Below, in pieces: positions 50,474 to 64,000 of a DNA stretch of 64,000 bases. The notes beneath the pieces were generated by a model. It was given only the letters and a program-made list of their open reading frames with translations. It did not search any database and was not told where the DNA came from. The DNA comes from Chiloscyllium plagiosum (lineage: Eukaryota): the NCBI RefSeq assembly GCF_004010195.1, contig NC_057746.1, positions 27,188,392-27,252,391 on the forward strand, given 5' to 3'. A program made the position numbers and the translations under genes. How positions within the stretch are numbered: the stretch's first letter is position 1; the number at the start of each line of letters is the position of its first letter.

Positions 50474-51267
50474 CAGTTGGTTTACCCACCAACCCAATCT
50501 ACCCCTTCCATCCTATCCTTCCCTTCTCTCCACTTTATCATCTCAGAATCTTCATCCTTCTTCACCCCAGATCCATTCCAACTTGACCCCTCCCATATCT
50601 CACACAGAATCGCCTCCTGTCAAAGAAGCACCCCATTTTTTAGACGACTTCACAGTGCAGCCACCCCAATTAACAGCACAGTTTTAATCTGATCAAACAA
50701 TGGACTCTTCCAAATTCTCGGTCCACCTTCTGCTCTTGTCTGTTTGAGTTTTTTTAACCAAGGGCCTATCCTCACCATCGCCTGGTTTATTTTATTTTGT
50801 ATGTCTCCACAACAGGAAACGTCTCTTTTGTGTAATCTATATTTTTATTGCAAAAAATAATAATTTGTGATTTTAAAAATATACAAGCGAAAATCATTTC
50901 TTTTTATAACCTTCTGTTGCGTGAATTGTTAATTTGTCAGGCGCCGGGAAGGTAGAGCATTGTCCCTCGGACTGTTTTTTATTTCACTGAGTGCTTTTAT
51001 GGTGGTTGTTTCAGTTGTAAGGCAAGTAGTTGCCATGCAGTCTAACACTCAAACACAGCCTGCTCATGAAGCTTTAGGGGTTTAGTAGCCCCTCACAGCT
51101 TTTACAATCAGATTTTGTTCACAACATTGTAATCAACATTGAAGAGCCACTGACTGCCCTTTGAGTTTTTAAAGGGGAAAAGGACTACAGCAGATTTAAG
51201 GTCACCACTCCCCTGGCCTTCATGGAACGGATGGAGACCATTCAGCTCTAGAACCTGTCCTGTCATT

Positions 51268-51615
51268 TCATAGAATCCTTACAGTCCAGATAGGGCCATT
51301 CAGCCCATGGTGTCTGCTCTGCCCATCTGAAGGAGATCCCATCCAGAACCACCCCTACCCCATCTTTGTAACCATGCATGGGGTTTTTAAACCTCATGGC
51401 TAAACCATGTAACCTGCACATCCTTGGACAATTACAGGGCAATTTTACTAAGTCCAAGCATTTAGTCTGCACATCTTCGGACTGTGGGAGGAAACTGGAA
51501 ACTCCGAAGAAACCCACGCAGAGACTGGGGAGAACGTACTAATTCCACATAGTCTCCCCAATGCTGGCATTGAACCCATGTCCCTGGCTCTCAGGCAGCA
51601 TTGTGCTACCATGCT
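51268..51615 (-). mobile_element. HE1-type SINE
   Basis: Reverse V-SINE head and body. Confidence 0.75.
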
Positions 51616-53077
51616 GATCTTATTTGATAAGATTGTGACTGATCTTACACCTAACTCCAATGCCCTTTGTTCCTTAATATCTACTGAAACATATCATTCT
51701 CAGATTTAAAATGAGCAATTGATCGAGCATCAATTGCCATTTATGGTCACGATTACAAACTGTCTCCCACTGCAACCTATGTAGATAGAAGTGTTTCTAA
51801 ATTTCACTCCTAAAAGGAGTAACTCTAATTTTTAAATTTAAAAATCACACAACACCGCGTTATAGTCCAACAGGTTTAATTGGAAGCACACTAGCTTTCG
51901 GAGCGATGCTCCTTCATCAGGTCCTGTGTTCTCTGTCTATGACCTGATGTTTAGATTGATTCCAATCTAAAAAGTGAGATAACAGAGTTTTACATAAATT
52001 CATGCAGTTTTTGAGCTCAGAGTTCTACATGAATGTATGTGGTTTTTGAGCAAAGTGCAATGTAACTCTGAAAGTACATTGTCCGAATCATAATTTTTTA
52101 AATGGTGGTCTTAGTTCTTGATTTCCCACCCAGCAGAAACAGTTCTTCTCTATCTACCTGACCTGTTCCCCTTAACATTGAGAAAACTTCAATCAACTCA
52201 GCTGTATCCCTCTGAATTCCAGGGAATGCATCCCTAGTTGTTTTAAAATCTGCTGATAATTCAACTTTCAGAGACCGGCTATCATTCTTGTGAATCTACC
52301 TGCACTTCCTTTGAGGTTAGTGTAAACGTCCAAAAGTATAATGTCCAAAACTCATCACTGTTACTCTGAGTGTGCTGTAACCTGGGTGTTATATACCATA
52401 AGTTTGACTTCTACTTTTTTGTATTCTTGTCCCCCATATGTAAAAGGCCTGCCTTCTGTTAGCTTTTGGTTTGATTTTTTTTCTGTACCTGTTCATGACA
52501 TAGTAATGAGTCATAGTCATACAGCCATAAAGCACAGAAACAGATCCTTGGTTCACCTCATCCATGCCGACCAGATAGCCTCCTAGGCTTTCAAGTCTCA
52601 TTAGACCCACACTGTTTCCAGCTTTTCATTGTCATAGACAGGGAAATAAACCAGTGGTGTCCACATTCAGGTACTGTAGGTGGGTATCTGACCAAGGCTG
52701 AAATAGCATTTCTTTCCATTTGATGCCATCAGCTTTTGATTTGTTCTGATCATTTATTGTCCTTTCTTAGTCTATAACTGGTGAGAATGGAGCATGTACA
52801 ATCTCTCCGAACCTGTTGTCTTTAAACCAGAGTTTTCCAAATATTGGACTTCTTCGAATGTGGCATTTTAAAAAAAAAGTTCGCTCAATTAAAGTTAGTT
52901 AATGCAACAATTTGGCTAGAAACTACAGCAGGATATGCAGAGATGGTTAATGGATTGGTACCTTGAATGAGCGGGTTATCTCATGAGGAACCGTTGAGCA
53001 GGGTGGGCTTGATTTCATCTGAGTTTAGAAGAGTGAGGGGTCACTTGATTGAAGTGTGTAAGATTCTGAACTGTTTT

Positions 53078-54340
53078 AGAACATAGAACATTACAGCGCA
53101 GTACAGGACCTTTGACCCTCGATGGTTTCACAGGTTGGTGGAACAATCTGAAGCCCATCTAACCTATACTATTCCATTTTCATGCATATGTTTATCCAAT
53201 GACAACTTAAATGCCCTTAAAGTTGGCAAGTCTACTACTGTTGCAATCAATGCGTTCCACGCCCCTACTACTGTGAGTAAAGAAACTAGCTCTGACTAGT
53301 GGGCGGCACGGTGGCACAGTGGTTAGCACTGCTGCCTCATAGCGCCAGAGACCCGGGTTCAATTCCCGCCTCAGGCGACTGACTGTGTGGAGTTTGCACG
53401 TTCTTCCCGTGTCTGCGTGGGTTTTCTCCGGGTGCTCCGGTTTCCTCCCACAGTCCAAAAGATGTGCAGGTAAGGTGAATTGGCCATGCTAAATTGCCCG
53501 TAGTGTTAGGTAAGGGGTAAATGTAGGGGCATGGGTGGGTTGCGCTTCGGTGGGGCGGTGTGGACTTGTTGGGCTGAAGGGCCTGTTTCCATACTGTAAG
53601 TAATCTAATCTAATCTGTCCGATATCGATCACCCCTCAATTTAAAGCTATGCCCCCTCATGCTAGCCATCACCATCTGAGGAAAAAGGCTCTCACTCTTT
53701 ACCCTATCGAACCCACTGATTATATTAAATGTCTCAATTAAGTCACCTCTCAACCTTCTTCTCTCCAACAAAAACAGCCTCAAATCCCTTAAGCCTTTCT
53801 TCCATACCAGGCAACATCCTAATAAATCTCCTCTGAACCCTTTCTAAAAGCTTCCACATCCTTCCTATAATACGGTGACCAGAACTGTACACAATACTTT
53901 CAAGTTGGGCCACACCAGAGTTCTGTACAGTTGCAGCATGACCTCATCGTTTTGAAACTCAATCCCTCTACTAATAAAAGCTAACATGCAGTATGCCTTC
54001 TTAACACCCTATCAACCTGGATGGCAATTTTCAGGGATCTATGTACATGAACACTGAGATCCCTCTGCTCATCTACACTACCAAGAATTTTACCATTAGT
54101 CCAGTACTCTGCATTCCTGTTGCTCTCTCCAAAGTGAATCACCCCTCACTTTTCTGCATTAAACTCCATTCGCCACCTCTCAGCCCAGCTGTGCAGTTTA
54201 TCTATGTCCCTCTGTGACCTACAACATCCTTCTGCACTGTTCACAACACTACCGATCTTAGTGTCACTCGCAAATTTACTAACCTATCCTTCTACGGTCT
54301 CATCCAGGTTGTTTATAAAAATGACAAGCAGCAGTGGACT
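53078..54340 (-). mobile_element. CR1 3' fragment hosting an HE1 SINE
   Basis: Tail agaacatagaacattacagcgcag (also at 27836); ORF2 C-terminal region continues on both sides of the SINE. Confidence 0.8.
53297..53616 (+). mobile_element. HE1-type SINE, young full-length copy
   Basis: Same structure as 29118-29451; nested in CR1. Confidence 0.9.
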
Positions 54341-57284
54341 TTAACAAGGTGGACATAAAAGAAGATGTTTCCTTTTGTGGGTGAGTTCAGAATCAGCAGG
54401 CTCCGTTTTAACATTAGGTTTGCCCATCAAGGCAGAGATAAGAAGAAATCCCTTCTTTTAGAGGGCTTTGTAACTTCAGAATTCTCTGCCTCATGAGGTG
54501 GGTGTCATCGTTTTAAAAATATTCGGAGGTGGATAGATTATTTTACAGCAAGACAAGAGTTGCCAGGTAGATGGGAATGTTGGATTAGAAACACAAACAT
54601 CAGCCAAAATCTTGTCAAATTATGGGAAAGGCTGAATGGACTACTACTACTTTGTATCATCATTCCTGTGCAAGTGACCCTTGACCCCACTGGATACAGG
54701 TTGACCACTGCTCAAAGTAACTGACCTGAAATACAGCCAATCCAACCCTGAAGCTGACCGGTTTTGAGTGTTAACAGTACACTGATATAGCTTCCTTTGG
54801 TCTGAAGTAGGTGACTACCCACTGTACCATCTTGAGTTCCACATATGTCCTTGCTCTCTTGGTCTTCTTGTGTCCCTTTGGGGATTTCTCACCCCACATG
54901 CACTGCTGACTGTTGTTTCCAAATTACTGTCATCCGCTAACCAGGATGTGCAGAAAAAGAAGCACTGTCTCAAGCTCTTGGCCAATGCCCTTTTTTTCAG
55001 GTTGTTGAGCTATCAGAGAGGATAACATTCGTAATAGTTTCAGGGATGAGAGACTTCAATTATGTCGAAAGGTTGTGATTATTTTTCTTAGGGGAGAGAA
55101 GGTTGAGGGGAGATTTGACAGAGGTGTTCAAAATCATAAAGGATCTGGACAAAGTATTTGAAGAAACTATTAATGAACAGATATAGAACCAGAGGGCACA
55201 GATATAAGGTAATAAACAAAAGAACTACAGTGACACGAAGAACAACTCTTTATGCACAGCAAATTATTAGGATCCGGAATGCAAGAGAAGTGTGGTGAAG
55301 GCAGATTCAATGATAAGCTTTTAAAATAATTAAATAGGAAAGCAAAATGCAAGTTTGGTGGAAAAAGATAGAGGAGAGGGGCTAAGTGGTTTTCTCTTGC
55401 AGAGAGCCAGCACAGGCACAATGGTATGAATGTGCTGTAACCCTTCCCATCTACTCCTTTTCCCATCTATTATTAAGTATGGCGATATGATTTGGGTCCC
55501 AATACAAAACGCTAAGCACACCCAACTGCCACATTCTGTCGATTGTTCTCAGACATCCTGTAATTGTCCCAAATGATCCCAGAGTGATATGTTGGTAAAT
55601 GCACTCTGGAAGTCAACCATAACATCCATGGGCACTCCCTTACCTACCTTGTTATTGACCTGATTAGGGAACCTGAGCTTATATTTAGAAGAATGAGAGA
55701 TGGTCACATTAACACATGTACAAGTTTTATTGTGTGGATCCAGCAAAGATGTCTCTCTTGGCCGGGAGGTCAGGAACCATTGGAGGACAGTCTCATTAGA
55801 ATTTAGAAAAATGAGAGATGACCTCTTTGAAAAATATAGGATTCTTAAGGCTTGAAAGGGTTAATACTGAGGGGATGTTTCCTCTCAAGGGAGAGTAGAT
55901 CAAGAAAGCATAGTCTTCGAATAAAGGGGTGAAAATTTAAGACTGAGAAGAATTTTTTTCTTTCTGTCAGCAAGTTGAGAGTCTTTGGAACGCCTTGCCA
56001 CATTCAAGTATGGATATCCTTGTCGATATGTAAGGCTGAGATATATAGATTCCCTTTCCTTCAGGATATGGGGAAGCAAGGGTTATGGGGAAAAGCCAGA
56101 AAAGTGAACATGAGGAATATTGGATCAGCCATTATCCTATTGAATAGAGGAGCAGACTCAAAAGGGCAAAAAAACATACCCCTGTTCTTGTTTTATAGTC
56201 TAATAGGACTGAGTTGAGGAATTCCTTCACTCAGGGTGGTGAACTTCAGAGGACCGTGAATGCTTAATCATTGAGTGTTTTAAAGATGGCAATGGACAGA
56301 TTGCAAAAGATAGAGACTATGGAGATAGTGCAGAAAATTCATTGAGGCTGAAGATCAGCCCTGATCTGTTTGAACAGAGGATCAGACTCAAGGAGTGGAA
56401 TGAACCACGCCTTATCCTATGTTTCTATTTTCCTATCAACTCTTAAATTCAACTTGATTAGAAGGACATGACCACTGTTAAAAATGCTGACTGTCAATCC
56501 ACCCCTTATCAACCAAATATTTAAGCACTTTATATTTGTAATGAATGGGAGCAGAAAATGTAAATTTCAGATTGCAACAAAAGGAGAAGTGGTAATAATT
56601 TGAGAGATTGTAATGGAAAAAGTGTAATCAAATGAGAGGTTGTAATGATGAAATTGTAATAGGTGTTGTTACAAGAAGGTTGTATTGCAAGCCTGACAAC
56701 ATCTATGATGGTTATGATACTGGTTTAGTAATCAAGATTGAGTCATGAGTTGAGGTTTCAAGTACATCCCATCAGGACAGTTGGAAAGGTTAATTAAATA
56801 AATATCAAATGAAAAACTGGTCTCAACAGAGATGATCACCAACCAACTTTTAAAAAAAATACTTTCCATTTGCCAATGTCCTGAAAGAAAGGGAATCTCA
56901 TCTTGTTCTAGGCTGGCCAACACAACTCCAGACAGACATGGGCTCTCACTTTAATGTTGCAAAAAGCAACTCAGTTTGCTACTTTATCAGGATTCCCACA
57001 AATGCCAGCACTGTCAGCAATTCCCAAATCCTGAAAGCAAACATCAAGAAAGAGAATTGGCATCCATTGCCTGCTTTGTGCAATCAATGGTTGGGCAATG
57101 CACACTTTCCTGTAACTCCAATTCTTTTTGCTTTGTGTACACTGGGTAAATCAATGGACAAAACAATGATCCTTACACCAGGGGACATTTACCTCATGAA
57201 TCAATTAATGTCAAACAGTGAATGTTCACTAACACTGATGATGTGATGGGAAATCAGCAGGGTAGATATTACGAAGGAAGATAA

Positions 57285-57450
57285 AGAATGAACTTTAGCT
57301 CAGAAACTCATCCTCAAAAAAAAAAGGGCATGGCATCTCCAGTTTTGTTTTGATTCCCTGTTTACCCTGCAGTTAATGAACAGCCTAGAACTTCAATAGT
57401 TGATCACCAGTACCTATGCTTGGAATCAGGATTCAGTGTCATATAGATCC
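57285..57450 (+). promoter_or_regulatory. Putative liver-type promoter motifs upstream of the signal-peptide exon
   Basis: HNF4-like TGAACTTTAG at 57289-57298, forkhead TGTTTAC at 57359-57365, HNF1 half-site GTTAAT at 57372-57377. Short motifs, not tested statistically. Confidence 0.35.
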
Positions 57451-57492
57451 ACGGAAGCTTGAGAGCATTTTCAAATTCCTCAGGATTCGGGA

Positions 57493-57547
57493 ATGAAACT
57501 GTATCGATTCCTCATCTTCTGCCTTCCTTTTCTGGCAGGTGCAAAAG
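57493..57547 (+). CDS. First coding exon (signal peptide) of a secreted protein, possibly complement factor B/C2
   Basis: ATG AAA CTG TAT CGA...GCA AAA G|GTAAGT encodes MKLYRFLIFCLPFLAGAK (basic n-region, hydrophobic core, A-G-A) with a perfect phase-1 donor. Identity is inferred from synteny only; no CCP-domain exon was found downstream in the window. Confidence 0.6.
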
Positions 57548-57719
57548 GTAAGTGATGGACTAACAGAGTCAGGCTGCGATTAGCAACTTGGGGGTTTCAT
57601 CTTTCCTGATTTCAGAATGCATTAAGACTGTAGAGGGGTGACCATTTATCTTTGGAATCAACCTGCCAGGGCATATTCCAGTCCTAAGCCATCACTGAAT
57701 CATTCTATGATTCACTTTT

Positions 57720-58310
57720 TCATCAGAAAGAGGGGCTTGCATTTATCCAACTCCTTCAGTGACCTCAAGAGACCTTCACAGTTACTTCAAATGTCAACTG
57801 GTTAATAATGTGCACAGCAAGCTCCCATAAACAGAAATTAGGTGAATGACTACATCGCCTATCTTAATGATTGAAGAGAACAAATAAAACAAAAGTGCTG
57901 GAGAAACTCTGCAGGTCTAGCATGTCTTTGAACAGAGAAACCGAGTTAACTTCTTGAGTCTAATATGGCAGAAAAAGACATACTGGCCTCCAAACGTTAA
58001 CTCTTTTTCCTCTCACCACATATACTGCCACACTGTTGAATTTCTCAAGCACTTTCTGATCTTATTTCAGACTTCCAGCATACACAGTAGTTTGCAGTTA
58101 TTTGGTTAAGGAGAAGTGTGACGACTGGGAGAGCTCCCCTGCTCCTATTTGAAACAGAGCCATGGCACCTTTCAGGCCCATTTGAGGAGGTAGCTGGTGC
58201 ATTGGTTTAACTTGTAATAACTTATTTGACAGTGTAGCGCTCTCAGCATTGCTTTGGAGTGTCAGCCTTGATTATGCACTCATATTTTTAAAGGTAGACT
58301 GGCACACCCA
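57720..58310 (-). mobile_element. Deu-domain SINE (SacSINE1/AmnSINE-like), interrupted; related remnants at about 1850-2100, 28100-28330 and 61880-61970
   Basis: ctcccctgctc..gaaacagagccatgg...gacagtgtagcgctctcagcattgc..ggagtgtcagcc resembles the reverse Deu domain as recalled. Confidence 0.5.
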
Positions 58311-58869
58311 GCCTTTTGATCTCTACAAAGCCAAGATGTAGGAATAGGAGCAGGCCATTCAGCCCATTAAGCCTGCTCCACCATTTAATAATATCATGGC
58401 TGATCTGATAATCTTCAACTCCACTTTCTTACCTTTTTCTTATAATTCTTGATTCCCTTACTGATTAAAAATGCCTATCTCAGCTTGAATGTATTTATCA
58501 AGTCAACCTCAACAACCCTCCGGTAAATAATTCCACAGATTCACTACCCTCAGAAGAAATTCTGGAAGTGACAGTGCTACCCAATGAATTACACAGGATT
58601 AAGGAGGGATCTGAATAAAGTGTTTAGCCAGACATTCCTTTACCCAGAGTCCGATCCTATTAAATGAAAGTAGTTCGGACCTACACCGAATTCACAGAAT
58701 GAGAGAGAGAGAGAGATGTCTTCTCTTCCAGCGATTTGGAGATATTAAGGATGGCAGTAGCTGAACTCAGAATCGGTAAGAAGTGGAGCTAGAAAGGCAC
58801 TGCAGCTCGGGCAGCATCAGTGGAGCAGGAAAGTCGACATTTCGGGTCAGGACTCTTCAACATCTCTTT

Positions 58870-59125
58870 AACATGGTCTCCTCCTCCCTTGTCCTTTATA
58901 TTTCACCCATTCTCCTTCACCTTGTCGTCTTCTCTCTCTTCTCACTCATTCTCTCACATTCAGTCGCCCTAGTCCTCATTCCCCTTCCTCTATCCTTGTT
59001 CCCTTTTCCCTCCTTCTCTCCCCCTCTGTTTTTGACCCTTCCCTTCTTCCTATTCGTCTCCTCTCCATTCAGCTCCTCCCCTCTTTCACTCTCTGCCCTT
59101 CATTTTTCTCTCTTCCCCCTCATAC
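58870..59125 (+). repeat. CT-rich low-complexity tract
   Basis: Nearly pure pyrimidine sequence. Confidence 0.8.
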
Positions 59126-59624
59126 TGTCACACTTGGGCCAGGTAATCTGCTAGAAAAGAAATACAGAAATTTCACTCCAGTGACTGCCAACAGTCAGCA
59201 GATCATGTGCTTTCACTGAAAAGCCAGTTGATCTTGAAGACTTTCTTGAAGAAAGTCAGAACTCATCACATCAGTGGGCAAGGACCGCCAGAGGCTAATA
59301 AGATGAATATGAGGAGCGGCCCTTGAATCTGTTTCACCATTTAATAAGATCCTAGCTGATCTGATTTATTCCTTACCTCCACTTTCCTGCCGTTCCCACG
59401 TAAGCCATGACATCTCACTCATCAAAAAACCTGTCCAACTCGGAATTCAATGGAATTCAAAGACTCAGCATCCATTGCTCATTGCAGGAAAAGAATTCCA
59501 AATCTGACATCACTCAGAGAATCTCTTCATCCCTTGATCTCAGTCTTATTTTGAAACAGCACCTCCTTGGTTCTACATTTCCCCATGACAGAAAATGCCT
59601 CCTCAAAATCCACTCTGTCATAGA

Positions 59625-61520
59625 TGTCATACAGACATAGAGATGTACAGCACGGAAACAGACCCTTTGAGCCAACTCAACCATGTCGACCAGTTATCCT
59701 AATCTAGTCCCATTTGTCAGCACTTGGCCCATATTCCGCGAAACCTTTCCTATTCATATACCCATCCAGATGCCTTTTAAATGCTGTAATTGTACCCTCC
59801 TCCACCACTTCCTCTGGCCTGGCAGCTCATTCCATACATGTACCACCCTCTGCGTGAGAAAGTTGCCCCTTAGGTCCATTTTATGTCTTTCCCCTATCGC
59901 CCTAAAACTATGCCCTTGAATTCTGAAACCTTCCCCCAACTTCAGGGAAAACACTTTGTCTATTTATCTTATCCATGCCCCTCATGTTTTTATAAACCTC
60001 TATAAGGCCACCCCTCAGCCTCCGATGCTCCAGGGATAACAGCCCCAGCCTAGACAGCCTCTACCTCCAATCCTCAAACCCTAGCAACATCCTCGTAAAT
60101 CTTTTCTGAACCCTTTCAAGTTTCACAGCATCCCTCCAATAGTAATGAGACCAGAATTGCATGCAATATTCCAAAAGTGGCCTAACCAATATCCTGATGA
60201 AAGGCTTATGCTCGAAACATCAATTCTCCTGCTCCTCCGATGCTGCCTGTCCTGCTGTGCTTTTCCAGCACCACACTCTTGACTCTGATCTGTAGTCCTC
60301 ACTTTCTCCAATGTCCCCAACAGCCGTAACATGACCGCCCAACTCCTAAACTCAATGCTCTGACCACATCTGTGACTCTACTTTCAAGAACCTATGAACC
60401 TGCAATCCAAGATCTCTTTGTTCAGCAACACTCCCTAGGAGGTTACCATTAAATGTAGAACTTCTACTCTGATTTGCTTTTCCAAAATGCAGCACCTTCA
60501 ATTTATCTAAATTAAACTCAATCTGCCACTCCTCAGCCCATTGGCCCTCAAGATCCCATTGTAATCTAAGGTAACCTTCTTCGCTGTCCACTGCATCGTC
60601 GATGTGGGGTCATGTGCAAACTTACTAACTGTAGCTCCTATGTTCATATCCAAACCACTTAAGTAAAGGATGAAAACCCAGCACTGATTCTTGTGGCACA
60701 TCATTGGTCACAGGTTTCCAAACTGAAAAGCAGCCCTCCACCATCCCTTCTGTCTTCTACCTTTGAGCCAGTTCTGTATCCAAATGGCTAGTTCTCCTTG
60801 TATTCCATGAGATCTAACCTTGCTAACCAGTCTGCCATGGGGAACCTTGTCAAACACCTTGCTGAAGTCCATATAGATCACATCCACTACTCTGCCCTTA
60901 TCAATCCTCTCTGTTACTTCTTCAAAAAACTCAATCAAGTTTGTGAGACATAATTTCCCATGCACAACACCATGCTGACTATCCCTAATCAGTCCTTGCC
61001 TTTCCTAATACTTGTATATTCTGTTGCTCAGGATTCCCTCCAACAACTTGCCCACCACGAATGAAAGGCTCACCAGTATATAGTTCCCTGGCTTGTCCTT
61101 ACCACCTTTCTTAAATAGTTAGCCAACCTGCAGTCTTCCGGCACCTCACCTATGACTATCAATGATGTAAATATCTCAGTAAAGGGCCCAGCGATCACTT
61201 CCCTAGCTTCCCATAGATTCGAGGGCACACCTGATCAGGTCCTGGGGATTTATCCACTTAAATCCGTTTCAAGGCATCCAGTACCTCCTCCTCTGTAATA
61301 TGGACATTTTTCAAGATGTCATCATCTATTTCCACACATTCTATCTTCCATGTCCTTCTTCACAGTAAAAACTGATGCAAAATACCATTTAGTATCTCCA
61401 TCGTCTCCTGTGACTCCCCACATTAGCTGCCTTGCTGATCTTTGAGGGGCCCTCTTCTCTCCCTAGTTACTCTTTTGTCCTTAATGTATTTCTAAAAACC
61501 CTCTGAATTCTCCTTAACCC
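59625..61520 (-). mobile_element. CR1 LINE 3' 1.9 kb (RT domain)
   Basis: CLTNLIEFFEEVT..VDVIYMDFSKVFDKVPHGRL..WIQNWL; colinear with 5500-7300. Confidence 0.9.
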
Positions 61521-62539
61521 TGTCAAGTTCACTCAGAATCTTATATGTTTCAGTAAGATCACCTCACATTGTTCTCAACTGCAATGTGTATAGCCCAACG
61601 TATTCGACCTTTCCTCACCTCTTCCATCCCAGAAATCTGCTAAATGACCCTTCTTTGAATTCTGGTGAACATTTTACCCACAGCATCAAAGGCTGATTTT
61701 TTTCCCCCTAATTAACCTGTTCAGGGATGTTAATACATATAGTTATGGAGAAGGTGGGACTTGAACCCAGAACTTCCTAGTTCAGAGCAGGGACACTTAC
61801 TGTGCCACAAGAGCCCTGGGCTAATGTGTGATGTTATCACCACTGAGTCAGAACAACTGGGTACATACACCTAATCTAAGCCTAAATCAAGGCCCCATTG
61901 GCCTCTCAGGTGGACATAAGAAATGCAATGATTCTATTTGAAGAAGAACAGGGTGTAGTTGACTTGTTGAGGTTTTTTTCTTCATTTTTAGCTTTCTCCT
62001 TTTCACAAGATAAGAATTGCTTGTGAGGCCTGCATTTGTGGCCAATCTGCAATGCCCTTGAACTAACTGCACTGTTGGGCCTAAACAGAGGCACTGAAGA
62101 GTTAACCACATTAGTGTGGTTATGGAGTCACATGTCAGCCAGCCAAGTAAAGATGGCAGATTATCCTCCCTAAAGGACACCAGAAAAAATGGGCTTTTAC
62201 AACATTTGATAATTTTTTGTTGTTCTTGATTTCTGTGTAGACTTGATGGATGTACCATATGACTCAGAGTTCCATAGTCACTATTACTGCACTGAGTAGC
62301 TGCAGTTTTCTTCCCATTGAATTATCTTGTTGAAAAAGAGACTGTAACAACACACCAACTTGCAAAAACAATTCATAGTTTGGCAATGTACTTCAAAGCA
62401 TCTCCCACTAGTCACAAGCTTTGACACTGACACTGTACATGCAGGAATGGTGTTATACAGCACACACATGGCCTTGAAAAACAGAAAGCACTGGAGAAAC
62501 TTAGGAGAACTGACACTTTCTGGCTCCCAAAACAGTTAC

Positions 62540-64000
62540 CAAGCTGGTCCCATTCTCCATCCCTACATCCACAGCTCTCTAAATTTATTTTTTCTAAATA
62601 TCTATCCAGCCCTTCTTATGAAACCTTCTATGGAATCCGTCTCCACCATTCTCCCAGGCAGCGCATTCCAACTCCCAACAACTGAGTAAACAAGTTCCTC
62701 ATCTCACTCTTAGCTCTCTTGCTGACAATCTTGAAAGTATGACTGTCTAGTTATAAACTCAAGGATCCTACATGTCACCTTAACAACTGTTTCAATTTGC
62801 CTGGCCACCTTCAGAGATTCATGCTCATGAACCCCAAGGTCCCTGAGATCCTGTCCTACCCTCAAAATTGTACCTATGAGCCTAGATTGTCTCTCCAAAT
62901 TGCTTCTACCAAAATGCATTACTTCACATTTCCCTGCATCGAAATTCACCTGCCAGATGTCTGCCCATTTGGTCAACTTGTTGATTTCCCCCGACGTCAC
63001 TCAGCACCATCCCCACAACTCACTATTTTCCCTAGCTTCATCTGCAACTTCAGAGATTTTGCCTTCAACACCCATTTCCAAATCAGTTACATAAATCAGA
63101 AAGGGACAAAGATCACAACACTGATCCTTGGCAAGCACCATTTTAAACTTAACTTCAATCTGAGAAATGCCCATCTATACCTACTCTCTGTTTCCTATGT
63201 TTTAACCAACTTCTCGAATCCTTACAACATGGAACCAGGCCATTCAGTCTATCAAATTCACATTGCCCCTGTCAAGAGCATATACTACCCAGACCCATCC
63301 CTGCATATCCCATGGCTAATCCAGCCAAAATATACATCTCTGGACAATATGGGCAATTTAACATGGCTAATCCACCTAACCTGCATGTCTTTGTAGGAAA
63401 CCAGAGCACCTGGACTAAGCCCGCATAGAAATAGGGAAAATGTGCAAACTCCACACAGTCTCCCAAGAGTGAAATTGAACCAGAATCCCTGGTGCTGTGA
63501 GGCAGCAATGCTAACCACTGAGCCACCATGCTGCAAAATCAACCAGTCCCAAACCTTTCTAATTTGCTAACCAACTGTATCAAATGTTTTTTGAAATTCC
63601 ACATGTACAACATCCATTGTACCACCCTCACCACTGCCTGTGTCACCTGGTCAGACAGCTCAATTAAATTTGTCAGATATCACCTGCCTTGACAAAGCCA
63701 TGTTAACTGTCAAGTATTAACTTGTTTCTCTCCAAGTGTTTCTTTACCTTATCCTGTATTATGCACTCCATCAGCTTTCCCACTATTGATGTCAAGCTGA
63801 CAGGGTCTGTAGTTTCCTGGATTATATTTTAAACAGCACTGTCACATTTGCAATCCTCCAGCCACCTGGGACTAATCCTATGCTCAGAAAGGCCTGAAAC
63901 ATTTCTGCCAATGGCTCTACAATTTGCTCTCTTATCATTTTCCGCTTGTTAGACCAAACATGGATGTTGTCCAGGTCTTGTTGCATTTGAACACGGATAG
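62540..64000 (-). mobile_element. Old CR1 fragment with nested SINE
   Basis: KWADIWQVNFDAGKCEVMHFG remnant at 62710-63000. Confidence 0.7.
63215..63533 (-). mobile_element. HE1-type SINE
   Basis: Reverse V-SINE head and body. Confidence 0.75.

Noticed and set aside
58732-58775. 44-nt AG...GT candidate exon 2 after the signal-peptide exon
   Set aside because: In the required phase-1 frame it hits TAA after a few codons; no CCP features.
62241-62300. Candidate exon after ttctgtgtag (DLMDVPYDSEF...)
   Set aside because: Reaches TAG without a convincing donor; no domain similarity.

Overview
Vertebrate genomic DNA, almost certainly from a shark: it carries HE1/V-SINEs with (TAATC)n tails, many CR1 LINEs, Penelope-like elements and Deu-domain SINEs. 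I read the gene order as: the 5' five coding exons of EHMT2/G9a on the minus strand (18995 down to 1041, running off the window); a CpG-rich promoter at about 18.6-19.1 kb; three tandem ZBTB12-like genes (BTB plus 4 C2H2 fingers, one coding exon each) on the plus strand at 26.2, 33.6 and 49.1 kb; and a lone signal-peptide exon at 57.5 kb that by synteny could begin complement factor B/C2. This order matches the EHMT2-ZBTB12-C2/CFB block of the MHC class III region. The most notable points are: (1) an extra in-frame exon giving G9a a second histone-mimic VHxARKS motif; (2) a ZBTB12 triplication with altered zinc-finger recognition helices; (3) a triplicated 3' splice-site module upstream of the third ZBTB gene; (4) many minimal hammerhead-ribozyme motifs in Penelope-derived palindromes. 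Comparisons with human proteins and repeat families are from memory and were not searched. Repeat boundaries are approximate.
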